Shown here: piece after piece, positions 10,500-24,128 of the stretch
Layout: every line of letters starts with the position of its first letter
How positions within the stretch are numbered: position 1 is the stretch's first letter
From: Vicugna vicugna
Lineage: Eukaryota
Length of the DNA: 64,000 nucleotides
Assembly: GCA_013265495.1 (NCBI GenBank)
Contig: MU058213.1
Span: 1-64,000 of the forward strand
Direction of reading: 5' to 3'
Translations under genes and position numbers: made by a program
The notes under the pieces: model-generated
Told to the model about the DNA's origin: nothing
What the model saw: only the letters and a program-made list of their open reading frames with translations
Databases searched by the model: none

Positions 10500-11029
10500 T
10501 ATTGATGAAACTTGAAACCAGTGTTAAAAGCATAAGTAAAGAACGTGGTTGTGGCAAAAAAAAAAAAAAGTCCCAGAGGAAGAGATGCTGGCAAAAACTT
10601 CACATATAAGAAACTCTCAGAGATATTTCACAATACTGAAAGCACAAAGTATAAAATATTGAAAGCGGATGCAGATTTCAAAGGAGGACGACAATTCACC
10701 AAGGCATAGAAAAGATGCTCCCTCAGTGTCATAAGTTATACAAAGAGAAGGTAGAATGCTCTTGATGAGTTTTTTAACACAGAAAACACTTTGAGAATTG
10801 TAATGTTTCTAATGTTTTAAATTACAGTATATTAAAATACTGGTTTTACTATTTTTTCATTTCCATATGCACTTAAAACCTAAGAGCATTTTTAACGTTT
10901 CAGCAAAATTTTTAAAGGTCACAGTACAGTTGTATTTCTTTTTCTTGATTTTTAAGATTACCTCGCATAGTTTCAGTTTTCATGGTCATTTTTACTGTCC
11001 TGCACTACTGTGAAAAATTAGTATTGCCT
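10500..11029 (+). mobile_element. TcMar-Tigger DNA transposon remnant (Tigger13a-like)
   Basis: Text such as GAACTCTCAGAGATATTTCAC..CCAAGGCATAGAAAAGATGCTC..AAAATTTTTAAAGGTCAC..CACTACTGTG..TGCCTG resembles the Tigger13a consensus as recalled. The left boundary is approximate. Confidence 0.7.
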
Positions 11030-11149
11030 GTGTGTCTAAAGTTTTGGTGGGGAAAAGCAGCCTAGTTTCTCATCTTCCTCAAAAGTATATCATAAATATA
11101 CCCAAAAGAGCACTATTTAAAGATCCAAAAGGATGAGAATTTTTTGAAC

Positions 11150-11378
11150 ACTTACAAAGCATTTGCTCTATGTAAGATATTGTTTCCAGCACTTTACAAA
11201 TATTAAGCCATTCATCCTCACAATAACCCTGTGAGCTAAGTATATGGTACCCATTTTACAGATGAGGAAACTGAGATGTGGTTAAGTATTTTGCCGTAAG
11301 GCACTCAACTTGTTTGTTGCTGAGCTGGGATTAGAATCCACATAGTCTGTCTCCAGAGCCCATGCTCTGAACCATGCC
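11150..11378 (-). mobile_element. MIR SINE
   Basis: MIR core CCCATTTTACAGATGAGGAAACTGAG, followed by GAGCTGGGATTAGAATCCA..CTCCAGAGCCCATGCTCT. Confidence 0.9.
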
Positions 11379-12559
11379 ATTTGTTGCCTATTATGGGATT
11401 CATTCGGTCTCTACATTCAGGGACCTTTCAACCGTTGATATGTTCATTCCCAGGCTATTCAGAATGAGTCCCTTTAAAGGAGTAAGATTTGCAGACCTCT
11501 GAATGCCACAGCTGGAGAGACTCTTAAAGATTCCTCTTTGCACATTGGTTTTCCTGTTCAGTAGAACATTCCAATGGGCCACATAGATTGAAAAGAGCCC
11601 TTTGAGTTGTGGTACAGAAATGTAGGAAGGTCACTGAACTTTATAGAGGCTACTTATATGTCCCCTGTGCAAGGAATACCCTCCTCTCACTCCCAAACAT
11701 ACATATACACACATATGGCCCTAAAGTGCCATGGGCCTTTGAAAGCCATCTCAAATGCCTGGCTCTCCACGTATTTGTTTGCAGAGTGGTCTCCACTCTC
11801 CAGTCACTGGGGCATCCCATGCTGGGCTTGGCACCAAGCTGGGGCTTTGGCCTTCTGATAAACCAGGCTTCTGCTCCCGTGCTGCATGGAACTGCAGGTA
11901 TCCTGACTAATACCTTAATGCCCCACAACCTCACGGTAAGGAAATGGCAGTCCTACACCCAGAGTCCCTAGTCTGAGCCAGGGCAAAGTCCTCTGGGGAC
12001 ACAGCAAAGCCTGGGTGTCCCAGTGCTTTAAGGTCAGGATGCACTCTGGGCCTCACAGTGCCAGAAGAGGCCCCCAGATGCCCTGGTACAAGCCCTGACC
12101 CTCTGCAGGGTGGGGAGGCAGGCACTAGCCTTGCAGAACTGCTGCCTGGCATAGCCAAACCCTACCAAATCCTACCTTGCAACATGGAGATGACCTGTCT
12201 AGCAGGAAGAAGACCCAGCCACCCAGGGTTTGAGGGCTGGGTGTCAAGCCTGACCTCCTCCTCCTTATCTCTAGTACACCCGGTCCGTCTCTCTTTCATG
12301 CCCCTACTCCCAGAGAAACACGACCCAGCCACCTTAGTTCTCCCTGCTGCACTTTCTGATTTGGGTCCACAGTTTGGGGGCTTCCTGCTGGGGCTCTTGC
12401 AAGGAGCAAGATAGATGTGACCTCAGCCTCCAGGGGCTGACAGACAGGGTCTTGACAGAGGGGTTACAGACCTTTATTGAATGGTTCCTCAAGTGAGTAA
12501 GAACATCCAGTTGGGGGTAGGGAGGCCTGTGGCTGCAGATTGTTTTGTCTCAGAAAGGG

Positions 12560-13320
12560 GTGTAGAATGGAACAGGTGGCCTGGGAGAAATGGGAGCAGG
12601 GGGAAGGTGAGCATGATGCTAAGCAGGAAGGATCAGGAAGGAATAGGAAGAAGGCTTGTGACCTGGGGCCCAGAGAGAGAGGGGCAGTGTGGGGTGCACG
12701 GGGGCTGGAGATGGTGATAGGGCACACCTGTGCAAAGCCTTGTAGGCGCATTAAAAAGGTTGGAATTTTTCCTAAGAGAAATGAGAAGCCACTGAAGGGC
12801 TTTGAGCAAGTGATCAACAAAATCATATCTGCATTTTGAAAATCTAAATCACTCTGGCCGCAGTGGGAAGAATATGACAGGGGGAGGGATATTGGAGGGG
12901 ATGAAGAGAGACCAGCTGGGAGGCTTCCATAGTTTTTCAGGTAAGAGAGAGAGGTACCGTGGTCTTAGGACATGGAAACAGAGACAGGTTGGACGAGTTC
13001 ATGAGATAGTTGGTGGTTAAGTTGGCATGACTGTCATGTTTTAAATCCATGTTATAAGGAGAGAGGAAAGGGGTTAAGCATGTCTCCCAAATTTCCAGAC
13101 TGTGTACCTAGAGGGACGGTGTGCCATTCTCTGAGTTAGGCCCAGTTTTGAGGTATGGAGGGTTCTTTTAGATTTTAGAAATTTCGAGTTTGAGAAATTG
13201 CTGGAACACCCTAGTGGTGATTATGGTCTGTGACTCGGGGGAGAGTTATGAGCTGATATATGGGCTGTGGAGTCTGTATAGGCTGAGAAGGGTGTCTTAA
13301 GGGACACCAGCATTTGATGA
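12560..13320 (-). mobile_element. L2 LINE fragment
   Basis: Diagnostic L2 text GAGAAGCCACTGAAGGGCTTTGAGCA..ATCTGCATTTTGAAAA..TCACTCTGGC. Boundaries are approximate. Confidence 0.7.
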
Positions 13321-16300
13321 CGGACTAGAGCAGGATAAATCTTATAAGTCTGCACAGAAGGCAAGTGAGGATTGGCCCAAGAGCTGGCGGGAGACTAGAA
13401 GAGGCTCATCATGGCTGAGTGCCAGCATTTTTGATAAACAAGGAGGCATGGCTGGGATGCTACAATTATGGAGACAGAGAGGAAGGAGGAAGCTGGAGAA
13501 TGTCCAAAAGTCATGAGTTTCCAAAACCCGGTTTTTTCTTTAAAAAAAATGGTTTTAACTGTTGTTACTGCTGTTTTACAAGAGGAACAAACAACCTGGA
13601 TGTGGTGAAGAGTATGGACAAGACCTGATGGCTGCAGCATCAGTTTCACTCTCACCTGGGATATTTCACCAAGAGTTCTGTGTGCATTAGGGCTCAATCA
13701 TAACAATCATCCACTGGGAAAAGTTCAATGTATTATACCACCATTTTAAAGTTGAGGAAACTGAGCCTCAGCATGTCAGAGCAAGTGGTAAAGTGGGAGG
13801 TGAGCACCAACCTGTGGGGGCTGAAAAGTCCATGCTCTTAACCCAAACTACACTTTCTGCTTCCTCTCACTACATGCCTCGTTCCCTTCCTGGCTGCTGT
13901 GATACCAGCTTTTCCTTGTTTTCCTTCTACACCTCTGGACTCTTCCTCTCTTCTTTGTGGGCTAGCTTCTTTTTCTTCCAAATAAGCAACCCATGCCTAC
14001 AGTTACCATTTCCTTTATACCCATTTCCCCTTTACTCCTGGCTTCTGCTTTAACTACACTCATAACACCAGTCCCTCAACGGTTACATATGACCTTCCTA
14101 CAGCCTAATTCATTCCTTTCTCCCTTCCATCTTTGTTCTGATCTCCCTCTATGACTTTGGACTCACTTGGCATTCCTCCTTCTTGTATCTGTTTGCCTGT
14201 TGCCGTTGTGATAGGCTTTTCCTTCTCTTCCATGGCTCCTTATTCTTCTGGACCTGTTCCTAGCTCCCCTGAAGTCCCTGAACCCCGAGCATTTCCCAGC
14301 CTAAGTGCTTAGCGCTCCTCTTCATACTTCTTTCAAGAATTCATTTTTCCTGACTTCTGCTCTTGCTGCTGTGTAAGTGCCCCACCCTCTGCATACATAC
14401 AATTCCCTTCTTAGCCTCGTCCTCTTTCCTTAACTCCATATCTGATGCCTTAAGTGCCTAGTTAACATCAGCGCTTAGATGTCTCACCACCACTCCACAC
14501 TTAAATATCTAAACCCAAATCCACTGACTTCCTGCTAACCTCCTTCCATCCTAGTCTTCTTATACATCATTTTCCCAGTCATTCGACCTCAAAATCTTGG
14601 GTTTCTTTTACATACTCCTTCCTCTTACTTTTCTACCCTTATCTGCCCCCTATCCTAGCCTAAACATGTTGTCACAAAGTTTTAAGGATAGTTCTTTAGG
14701 ATTCCCTAAAAATGTCTTGTCCCTGACTCAAGCATACTTACCTGAATTTCCTTTACCTTCACGCCCATATCTTAATATTTATAATGGACCTTAACCCTAC
14801 CCTCTGCTCCATCAATGATCAAAGCATATACTCAGTGGTCAGTTAGTTGAAGGCAAATCCATATCTGCCCTCTAGATTTTTGCCAAAAATTACCTTGAAT
14901 TCTCTAATATTAAATTGTTTTCGAAAGCCTCTATTGGGAAAAAAATCTATTGGGGATTTCTGGCGGACCCTCATTCCACTCTTGGCAGTACCAAGATCTG
15001 ATGCCTTCAAGGGCTACACAGGTGACACAGTTATGGAGATAGGTGCACTTGTAGTTCATTAGAGAGCCCAGGACTCCTCTCAAAGTATCAGGCATGATGC
15101 CAAACAAAACATCTCTCCATGGACCCAACCCAGACTATAGCCTTTACTAAATATCTGAATCAAGTGCCACAACCTTTACGGAGCTGCACACTTGGACCTG
15201 GTGTGTGAGTCTTTTTTTGTAGCTTCCTTTGCCTAGTTACTCTCTAGTGCTAGGCCTTAAGCTGACTGTGAGTGACTTTATAAATCAGCCATACACAGTT
15301 GATTGCTTCATCTAAAGAGATGTTAAGGACATAAAATCATTCATTTTTGTCCTTCTGAGTTAGATGCATTTAAGTTTTCTTAAATCTCTTACCAAATAAA
15401 ATGAGGCGTTAATTCTTAAAAGTCATATCCCTCCTGTTTCCTCTCTTAGAAGATGAGTTCCTCAAGGTGGGGGACCTGGGTCTATTTCCTTCTCTACTGT
15501 TCCCCACTCCTAGAATCCAGGCCTCTGCATATGCTTGCTGCAAACCTGTTGCCTAAGTTTGCATTGTTTCCACCTTTGTCTAGATTTTATTCCCCATTGT
15601 AAGCTCTCCAGGGCCCTTCCTCTCAGACCTTCCCTTTTAGCTTATCCTGCACGCTGCTGCCAGATTGTTTTCCAACTCAGTTTTCATTATATCAATCCAC
15701 TACTAAAAAGATAAATCCTTTTTTGCTTCCAGATAACTGCAAGACATCTTGCTTATACTTATTTCTTGGCTCTCTCTACCCACACACTGACTCTCTCACT
15801 GAACTGCAGACATCCTACCTGGGAGTTCTCATCGTGTCTCCCCAGCGTCACCCAACTCAGCTAGTTCTGCCCCACGAGCCTCCCAGGAGGGGTCTGCTTC
15901 CTCTCTCTCCTTCCCTGAGCTTGCTACTACCTGGTATAAATACTCCTCCTCCTTTCCTTTTGACATGGGTCCTGGGATACTCTTGCTTTTGACTGTCAAG
16001 TCACTCCATAACTCAAGAGTCATGAAAGCTTTCATTAAAAAAAAAACACAAAAAACATTTATTAAGGACTCTGAGAAAGGTGCTACATTCAGACATGAGA
16101 GGAAAAGTAAAATTCTGAGGAAGGTTCTGTAAGCCAGGATGTGATGTGAGGACCGCAGGTCTCTAGGATGACGATCAGAACTGCCCATGAACTTTCTACA
16201 TCGAGGAAACACAGGATATCAGAGCTGGGGGAAAAAAAAAACCAACCCAGAGATCGTCCAATAGAACAATTCTCTCCTCTGAAAACTGAACACACCACAT

Positions 16301-19300
16301 AAGATCCAGGGAAGTAGGGTCACTTGCCAATAGTCACTTGAAAGTGGAAAAGGTTTACCATGTACATATTCTGTGATCTGATTTCCATGCCCTCGTATTG
16401 GGGTCATGACACTTGCAGTTTAGTCAGTTTTCCCAGCAAGATTCCAGGTGAGTCCCTGGGACTTTCTTGTTCTGGAGCAGGAGAGATCATAGAAACAAAC
16501 AAGGGAAACTCAGAGGGATAAACATTGTGTAGCTGGCCTTCCCCTTTAGGGCGCCCCTGGGAGACCTCAGACACTAGCATTCCAAACATGTAGGGAAGAC
16601 TACTGACAGTGCATAAAAGGCCAAGACTCCCTCTCTGGTAAGTGCACAGGCTGCCAAAACCCACATTTCACATGAGTACACAGACCCAAAGCTCTTCGGC
16701 ATAAGGCAGGACTGAAGCTTTCTTACTCATCTTTGAGGTCCCATGACTTCAGTACATGTTTGTGGAAATGCTCCTTTCTTTGCAATAGCTTACTGGCCAA
16801 CTACCAGCCGGCCTAGCTGCCCTTTTACCTCAGCTTTCATCTGTGCCCCTCTGAGGGTGCCCTCTTGTCCTCCAGATGCCTAATCCATTGTCTTCCCAAT
16901 AGGCTGTACCTGATATCCTCTCCCAGGAGAGTTTTTTAAAAAGTATAGTCAGCAGTGACAACCTGAAAAGCCTTCAAGATCTTGACTATTAAAGGACTTT
17001 CAGGCCATGAGACAAAGGGGTGCATCGAGGTTCTAGAACCCTCCATGAGGCCTTGAGAGCCCACTGTACAGGAGATACATGATACCCAAGCCACACTCTT
17101 TCCCACTAGCAGGCTGAGCCTATGTCACAGAGGAGGCATCGTTCCCATAGCAGCAGTCATTTCCTAAGGTAGAAACCTCTAAGAGGTTTTCTACCGCTTT
17201 ACTTTTCAACTCAATTTTGTAAGACCTGACATGTTTTCTGGCCTCAGTGGGATTTATCAGTCCAGTTTTGGCTTTTAACCTGAGGTGGGAAAAGGCAGAA
17301 GTGACAGTATCACAGGAGCAGAATTTGTGGTGGGGGGCCTGAGTTCAAGTCTCAGCTCTGTGGGTAACCAGCCCTGTAACCTTCTTCACTTCCCCAGCCT
17401 CCCTGAGCCCAAGCTGAGGAAGTGAACTCTTTCCACCCCAGGACACTGGGGTGAGGGTTAAAGTGAAATCTCCAGAGCCAGGCACCAGTGGTGCTGGCTG
17501 TCATTCTTCAAGCCTTAAAACCTCTCTGGCACATGGAATTGTGTGATTCCCTGACTCTGGGAGAAATAGTGGAAAGTCCTCAAGTGGGGCTGCTTAGGGC
17601 AGCCTTGATCACACCAGCCAAAAGATTCAGAGCCATACCTGAGCCTTGGTATCCAAGATTTACTACACCGAGGTCCCAAGTGGCCTTACTGTGGCTCATC
17701 TACCTGGATGTGGTGAGTTGTAAGGGCAGCAACAAACCCACCTCTTGCGCAGAAACCCCAGCTGCCTCTGCAGTGGGTTGCCCGTCATCATCACCACAGC
17801 AGAAGCTCCTCCAAGGCAAAGCCTCACATCTCTCTCCTCTCTGAGACCCCTAAGGAGGCTATCACAAGTGCCTGTACCTAGTAAGTGCTAAGTAAATACT
17901 GAAGTGGATGAATGAACAGCTGGTAGGATAAGCATTTTAGGCCTGAGGTCATCAAAAAATGATGCATTCACATGTTTCCCTTAACCTATCTCTGATTCTA
18001 AATGCCAAATTCCAGCAATGAAATGGCCCACAGCCATCACCCAAATAGTCGGATAACAGCAGCAATACTGGCCTTTCCTTCTGAGCTTATCTGTTGTTTA
18101 GTGAACAAACTGTGAGGCCACAGAGATGGCCTAGAGCAAACTAATCTCTGGCGAGGGAGCCACTGGCTGACCCCAACTGCTGGGGTTACTTAACCCCTCT
18201 GGACTACCTTTCCTTATCTATAAAATAAGAGGATTGGGCCACATGACCTCTTCTAGCTGTGTGTCTGATGCTCAGCATTCTCCTTTATCTTAGCTTTCCC
18301 TCATGGACAGCCCTCCCCAATGCCTTTGCCCTCTTCATCTTCCTTGGTTCTCTCCTTCTGCACCATTGCCTTAGGCCAGACTATGGCACCTGTAGGCTTA
18401 GGTACTGAGCTGATCTGGAATGTCAGGGAATCTGGGGTGCAAATGGCCAGGTTTGGCCATCTTCTCTAGCTCTTCTCATTTCCTTAGAGCTCCAGACTCA
18501 TTCTGAGATTCTAATGAGAGCTGTGGAAACACACTCAGTAATCAGTATGCTTTGAATACAGTACTGGGTTCTGGACCCCCTGAGGCCCATGCACAGACTT
18601 CAAATTAACAACTCCTGGCTCAAGTTTCTTTATCCACCTGCCACCTTAGGTTCTGAATGTCCCAGAAGTTTTTCCAGATCAGAACCACCTTCACTGACCA
18701 GAAGAGTATGATTTCCAGGTTGTAAATGAGTGAAATTTCTTTTGGGTATTTAACTTTTCACCTGGACCCCAAATCTACAGGTAAAGTCTTGATGATAACA
18801 TGATAGATTGTGCAGCCAGTGGAACCAGTGAAAGAAAAAAGAATGGGAGCATGTTTGATCTCCCAAATCCCATGTGTGGCCTACTTCACACTGGCATTGT
18901 TCATGGCTGCCCTTAGCCTCAGTGGGCATCAAGGCTCACGGGACATCTGGGCTCCCGCCATGGAGGAGCCCATCTCATGGAGAGCACATGCACGTGCGGA
19001 CTACTGTGTCCACTCCAAAAATTTAATATCTACAACATCACAGCCAGTGTTCTGGGCTCTAGGAATATAGCAACAAACAAAATGAGGTCCCTACTCTCAA
19101 GGAGTTAATTTGGACAAAACAGTCACCCATGTTACTAATAATGTAAGTCAAAATACAGGTGTTCAGAGGCATAAACAACTGTAGGATAGAGGAAAAAGTG
19201 ATTATCCTGGAGAGGTTGGGCATGGCCTAAAGAGCAGCTCTTAGAGGAGGAAGAGTATTTTACAAGGCACCAAATTGAAAGAAAGGCACTGCAGGTTGAG

Positions 19301-19399
19301 AGAATGAGAAGAGAATTGACAGAGGAAATTCAAAGCTGCTCCTGAACCTCTGCCAGTGTCATGTGCTTTCTGGGGTTCAGATGGACTCCCTATCACTGT

Positions 19400-19570
19400 G
19401 TGCATTTACTGCTACAGCTCTGCCTCAGTTTCATCATCAGAAAAATGAGGGAAATAATAGTGCTTCTCGATATGATAACTATGAGGAGGAAATGAGATAA
19501 AGCATGTTGAAGCCTTCCCCGAGTATCTATATCGAGCACATAGTAAGAGTTCAATAAATGGCTATTATTA
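19400..19570 (+). mobile_element. MIR SINE
   Basis: CTCTGCCTCAGTTTCATCATCAGAAAAATGAGGGAAATAATAG..GCACATAGTAAGAGTTCAATAAATGGCTATTATT. Confidence 0.8.
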
Positions 19571-20789
19571 GCCTTCAGTCTCCAACAAGAGCATAGGTAA
19601 CAAGGGACAGTCCTGACAAGAGCAGAGCCTCTGGACTGAAGTAGTGTCCTCCAGGGTCACTGAAGAACGGTGTGCTCATGGGCAGGTCATTGTACATCTC
19701 TTGGGTACTCTGAAGGGCCAGGGAATGGGGTCGTCTCTGAGCTCACTTGGTGGTCTGGAGGTCAGCAATTCTGTGACCCGGTGTCATGGAGTAACTGGAG
19801 AGGATATGAGAGATGCTGAGGTGGGCTGAACAGAACTGTGAAATACTCGGTGTTTGCCTTCAAGACCCCTCCTCACCCACACTTCCTTTTCCATGTTACT
19901 CCCCTACACTTCCTGTCCACCCACTTCCTTCTCCCCAGTCAGAGGAAATCATCTCACCAAAATAATTAGTCTCCAGGGGCTAATACTTCAGCTTGTTCTC
20001 TCTCCTGGGGTATTCTCAGTTTAACATGCAGTTCCATGGAGGGCAAAAAGACATGTGTGGTGCTCTCTCCATTCTGTGGGAGCCTGCAGGCTAGGAGGAG
20101 GAAAAACTAATGAGCATGGTACTGTCGACAAGCACAAAGAGATATTAGCATAGAGATGTGGCCAAAGGAGCCTTCATGGGGAAGGTGAGACTTGTTCTGA
20201 GCCTTGGAATGTGGTTGGGTTTTGATGGTGAGGCTTTGGCAATGCTTAAAAGTAGAAATGAGAAAGGTGGTGGGAGATAATGAGACAGAAGGAGCTGGAT
20301 TCTTGTTGAGAAGCATTAACATCCACTGGTGGAACCGTAAGTAGGGGAGGAGATGATGAGGGAGGATACAGGAGAGGCATTGCTCTCTTACTTGACTCCC
20401 TGGTTTCTGACTGGCTTACATACTCTTATGCTAGGAAACCAGCATTATGTGCACTCCTCTACAAGGAGACTAGAGGAAGTTTTGAGAAAACAGAAAATTC
20501 TACTAGCTAAAGTATCTGTGTGCAAGCTGATAATAATAGAGGCAGGCAGGCATCTTCACAACTAATTTATGAGCCTTGCAAGAATATTTTAAATTTACAT
20601 CTAATTTAATTTAGATCTTGTCAGCAAGAACTAAGTTTGATCAACTGTTCCACCACACTTGGCTTCAGTGTCCTTTTACTGCTTCCCAAATCAAGTCTAG
20701 CTTCAGTGGATGAAGAATTGGCCCCATTGAGTTATCTGTATGTGACTTTTATTTTAAAAAGTAGAAACTACTGAGAATTTTGAAAGTTC

Positions 20790-21300
20790 TCTTTGATTCT
20801 AGGATATTCTTGGCTAATATTTCTTTGAACATTGCTTTCCCTCCATTCTCACTATTCTGGCTTCCTAGATCACCAGTGAGACAAAGAATGGGTCTTATGG
20901 ATTCATCCTTCATGTTTTCTACCTGCTCTTTTCACATTTCCCATCTCTTTTATCTCTGTGCCACATTCTAAGAGAATTCCTTGACTGAATCTTCAAGCCA
21001 GCACTTCAGCTGTTATCTATTTGGCTTTTCAGTCCATTCATTCAGATTTTTATTTCAAAAATCAAAGTATTAGTATCCATTATCTGCTCATTTTTTTATG
21101 GATGCAATATCTGCTGGTGTATCTGAGGCTATTAATTCAACATATTCTAGAGTCCTATTTTGAATGATCACTAAATCTCTTTCCTTAGGTATAAACTCTT
21201 CTATTTATTTGTAGTTGTGTAACAAACTCCTTTCTATGGTGTTGGCATTCACCAAATGTTTGGCGAGTCTTAGTTATGTGCTCATTTTTTGTGGCTGAAA
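20790..21300 (-). mobile_element. Ancient L1 (L1ME-type) fragment
   Basis: T-rich text ATATTTCTTTGAACATTGCTTTCCCTCCATTCTC..CTCTGTGCCACATTCTAAG..GATTTTTATTTCAA is typical of old L1 5'/ORF1-region remnants. Confidence 0.55.
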
Positions 21301-22998
21301 TTCCTTGTTAGTCAGCTGACTAAGGAAGGGCCAAGGACCCCGCCGGAGGGAATAGAGGCACACAGAAACGCAAACACATAAAAATGGCTTCTCAGAGAAT
21401 GGGTGGAACAGAGAACATGGGGGATTTTGGCCAGGCATGAGAGTTCTAATAAAATAATCAAAATTTCTACAAGACAGGGTAAATATTCAAAGAGGCAGTG
21501 AGTGACTCTTTAATAAGTGATCAAGACAATTTGAAAAAGGCTCCAAATGGAACTTGGAAGTAAGATGTAATCAGCATTGTTACAGTTTTCATGACACACT
21601 GTATTTTTAATGTAATTGTATCATAGCAGGAAATAATTCACTTCACAGCTCTGCCTCATACTGTACGACTTGGGGCAAGTTACTACATCCCTCTGAGCCT
21701 TCAGTTTCCTTGCCAGTAAAATGAAAATAATAGAACCTTCCTTGCCTTGAGATAATGTTGGTGAAAACTATTTATGTAAACCATGGCAAGCATGATTTTG
21801 CTAGAGGCTCCTTCTAACTCTCCTGGACTTGAGGAGCAAAGCAGAAATGAACCATCCAGTGATCCTTGAAGAGGTGAGAGAGAAGCATCTTCAGCCTCAT
21901 ATAAGCACTCCAGGGGTCCCTGTAAGGTCCTGAACAGCCATCACCACTGCACCAGCCACATTCTCCCAAATACTCCACTCCTTCACTGAGGGCCTTCTGT
22001 GCTGGGTACCCTACCAGGTGGATGGGCACATGAGGAACATGGCCAACAGGCCCTGTCCTAGACCTCATGACCCAGTAGCAGTAGAGGCAGGCCTTGAAAT
22101 ACTAAGTATAAAAATAAGATGAAGTTTATCAAAGGGAGCACTTTCGGTCCTATGGGAGTATATAACAAAAAACTTCTTCCAGATCCCCCAGATGAGATCA
22201 GGTGCCCTCTTAAACAGAGGCTTAAGATGGTAGGTATTTACCAGAGAGAGAGAGAACAGTGTGTACAAAGATTCTGATGGTTAAGAAGACACTGTTCTTA
22301 CCAAAAGTGGGAAATCTCCCTCTTTCCAAATTATGCAGGCATTATTCCAGTGATTGGGAGCAGACATTATTTGTGCTGAAGGTCTCTGGAAGAGCTGGAC
22401 TGTAAATTCTCACATGGTTTCTTGACCTGTCAGGGAGTAAAGTGGGGAACCAGACCCATGTACAGGTGGGCTCCCCTGAATTGATTTCCACCGTATCTCA
22501 TTAATCCACTCAGGACATGGGACACAAAAAGGAATCCCTGTCTCCATAAAAACTCAAAGTAACTCAAAGGAATCTTTACTTAACAGAATATTTGAGAGTA
22601 GATTTCATTTTCAGTTTGTATGTTGGCAAGTGGTGGGGAGGGGGACATTCTGGTGTTCCCACTCCTCAGGACTGGCATCAACATCGCTGTTGAAAGTTTG
22701 GAAGCCATTAACCCTCTGGATGGAAACCGTCTCTAAGGCCCAAGTTTAGTTGAGACAAAAGTGACTTGCCTGCTATTGATGCCAGGTTATACATAAAAGC
22801 TGTTATCAGTGGTTCTAAAAAATCAACCAGGGGATACAGGAGAACTTGAACTTACTAGAACAGGATGTAGGTAATGAGATTACTTCTGGATAAGCACCCT
22901 GGAGGTGACAGGTTCTGTAAGGATGGATGAGTAATGTGTTTGTTGAAGAGCTCTTTCTATACTCAGCCTGGTGCTATAGGAAGCAGTCATTTTCTTAC

Positions 22999-23360
22999 AC
23001 TGTAAGAACCATCCTCCTGAAAATTAGGGCCCCAGAAATGATAAAGTTGCCCAAATAGTTCAGCTGAATTCTGAATGTCATTCTCCAGTTTTATGGGAGC
23101 CCTAGCTTTGCTCCCATGGAACCCTGGGTATTCAGAGGTTAATGTTTTCCACCAATAGGTAGTTTATGGGTAAGGCAGTGCTTCTGTATCACCAGGGCAG
23201 AATTGGAAGTGGGCATTCCTGAGAGAAAGGTTTCTGTACAGCTTATCAATGAAGAGCATCGGGTCTAAAGATACTGCTTCCCACCCCAACCCCATCCCTG
23301 GGAATATCAAAATGGGAAAAAGAAAGATTAAATCTGCAGGCCGCTTAGCTATATAATCCA
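22999..23360 (-). promoter_or_regulatory. Candidate untranslated first exon/promoter, tentatively homologous to human CYP19A1 exon I.2
   Basis: Minus-strand TATATA at 23355-23350. TCCCATTTTGATATTCCCA (23317-23299) resembles human exon I.2 sequence as recalled (unverified). Distance to the ATG after subtracting the L1 cluster is ~14 kb, similar to human I.2. Possible donor GTAAGA at 22998. Confidence 0.45.
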
Positions 23361-24004
23361 TAGGTCTTATGAAAACTACACAAGATTCTATTTACTACTA
23401 AACCTAGAGAAGATTTAATAACCTGTATTTACGAAGCTCCTATTTCTATAAACATCAGAGGGCAGCCAATGGTTCTTCAGCTCAAGTCTGTGACCTACGG
23501 GTTTGGGAATTGGTGTATACATGGAAAGAAGATGAACACCTTGACAACCCACCTTGTAAGTCCAGCAGGTGAGGCGTGGCAGGAAGGGCCACCCCAAATC
23601 ATTCTGAACTCACCTCTAAACATTCTAATCCAGTAAAGGTCATAGGCTTTGGCTTATATGGTAGATCCCCAATATACCATTTAATGGACCTGTAACCTTT
23701 GGTTGGGCAAGTTACTTAACCTCCCTGAGCCTCAGGTCCCATAGCTGTGTAACAGAGGTAGCACCCACCACCCATAGTGAGGGTGAGGATTTTAGAGTTC
23801 ATTTCCTTAAAGTGCTGGGTACAAGGGCTAACACCTATTTATTCCTCAACCATTGAAAGCTAACCTAAGCAGTAAAATGAACACCTTCCAAAAGACAAAG
23901 ATGTCAAGAAGGGGGAAAATATTTCACTAAGAACTGTTTTTTGAAGAAAGAGGTATAGTCAGGTAGCTTGGCCTTGGAGATGAGCGGTGGGCAGTGTGTG
24001 GAGA

Positions 24005-24128
24005 ATCATGGATTGGTTTACCCATGACAGTCCCAGTTCATGCCTATTTTCCCAGCACCATTATTACTAGCACCCCCTTTACTCTCAAAAGTTCTCCCTT
24101 TGAATAATAAACTTTATGGCCACCTTAA
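24005..24128 (-). mobile_element. hAT-Blackjack MITE (MER81-like)
   Basis: CAGTCCCAGTTCATGCC..ATTATTACTAGCACCCCTTTTACTCTCAAAAG..TATGGCCACCTTA resembles the reverse complement of the MER81 consensus as recalled. Confidence 0.7.
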
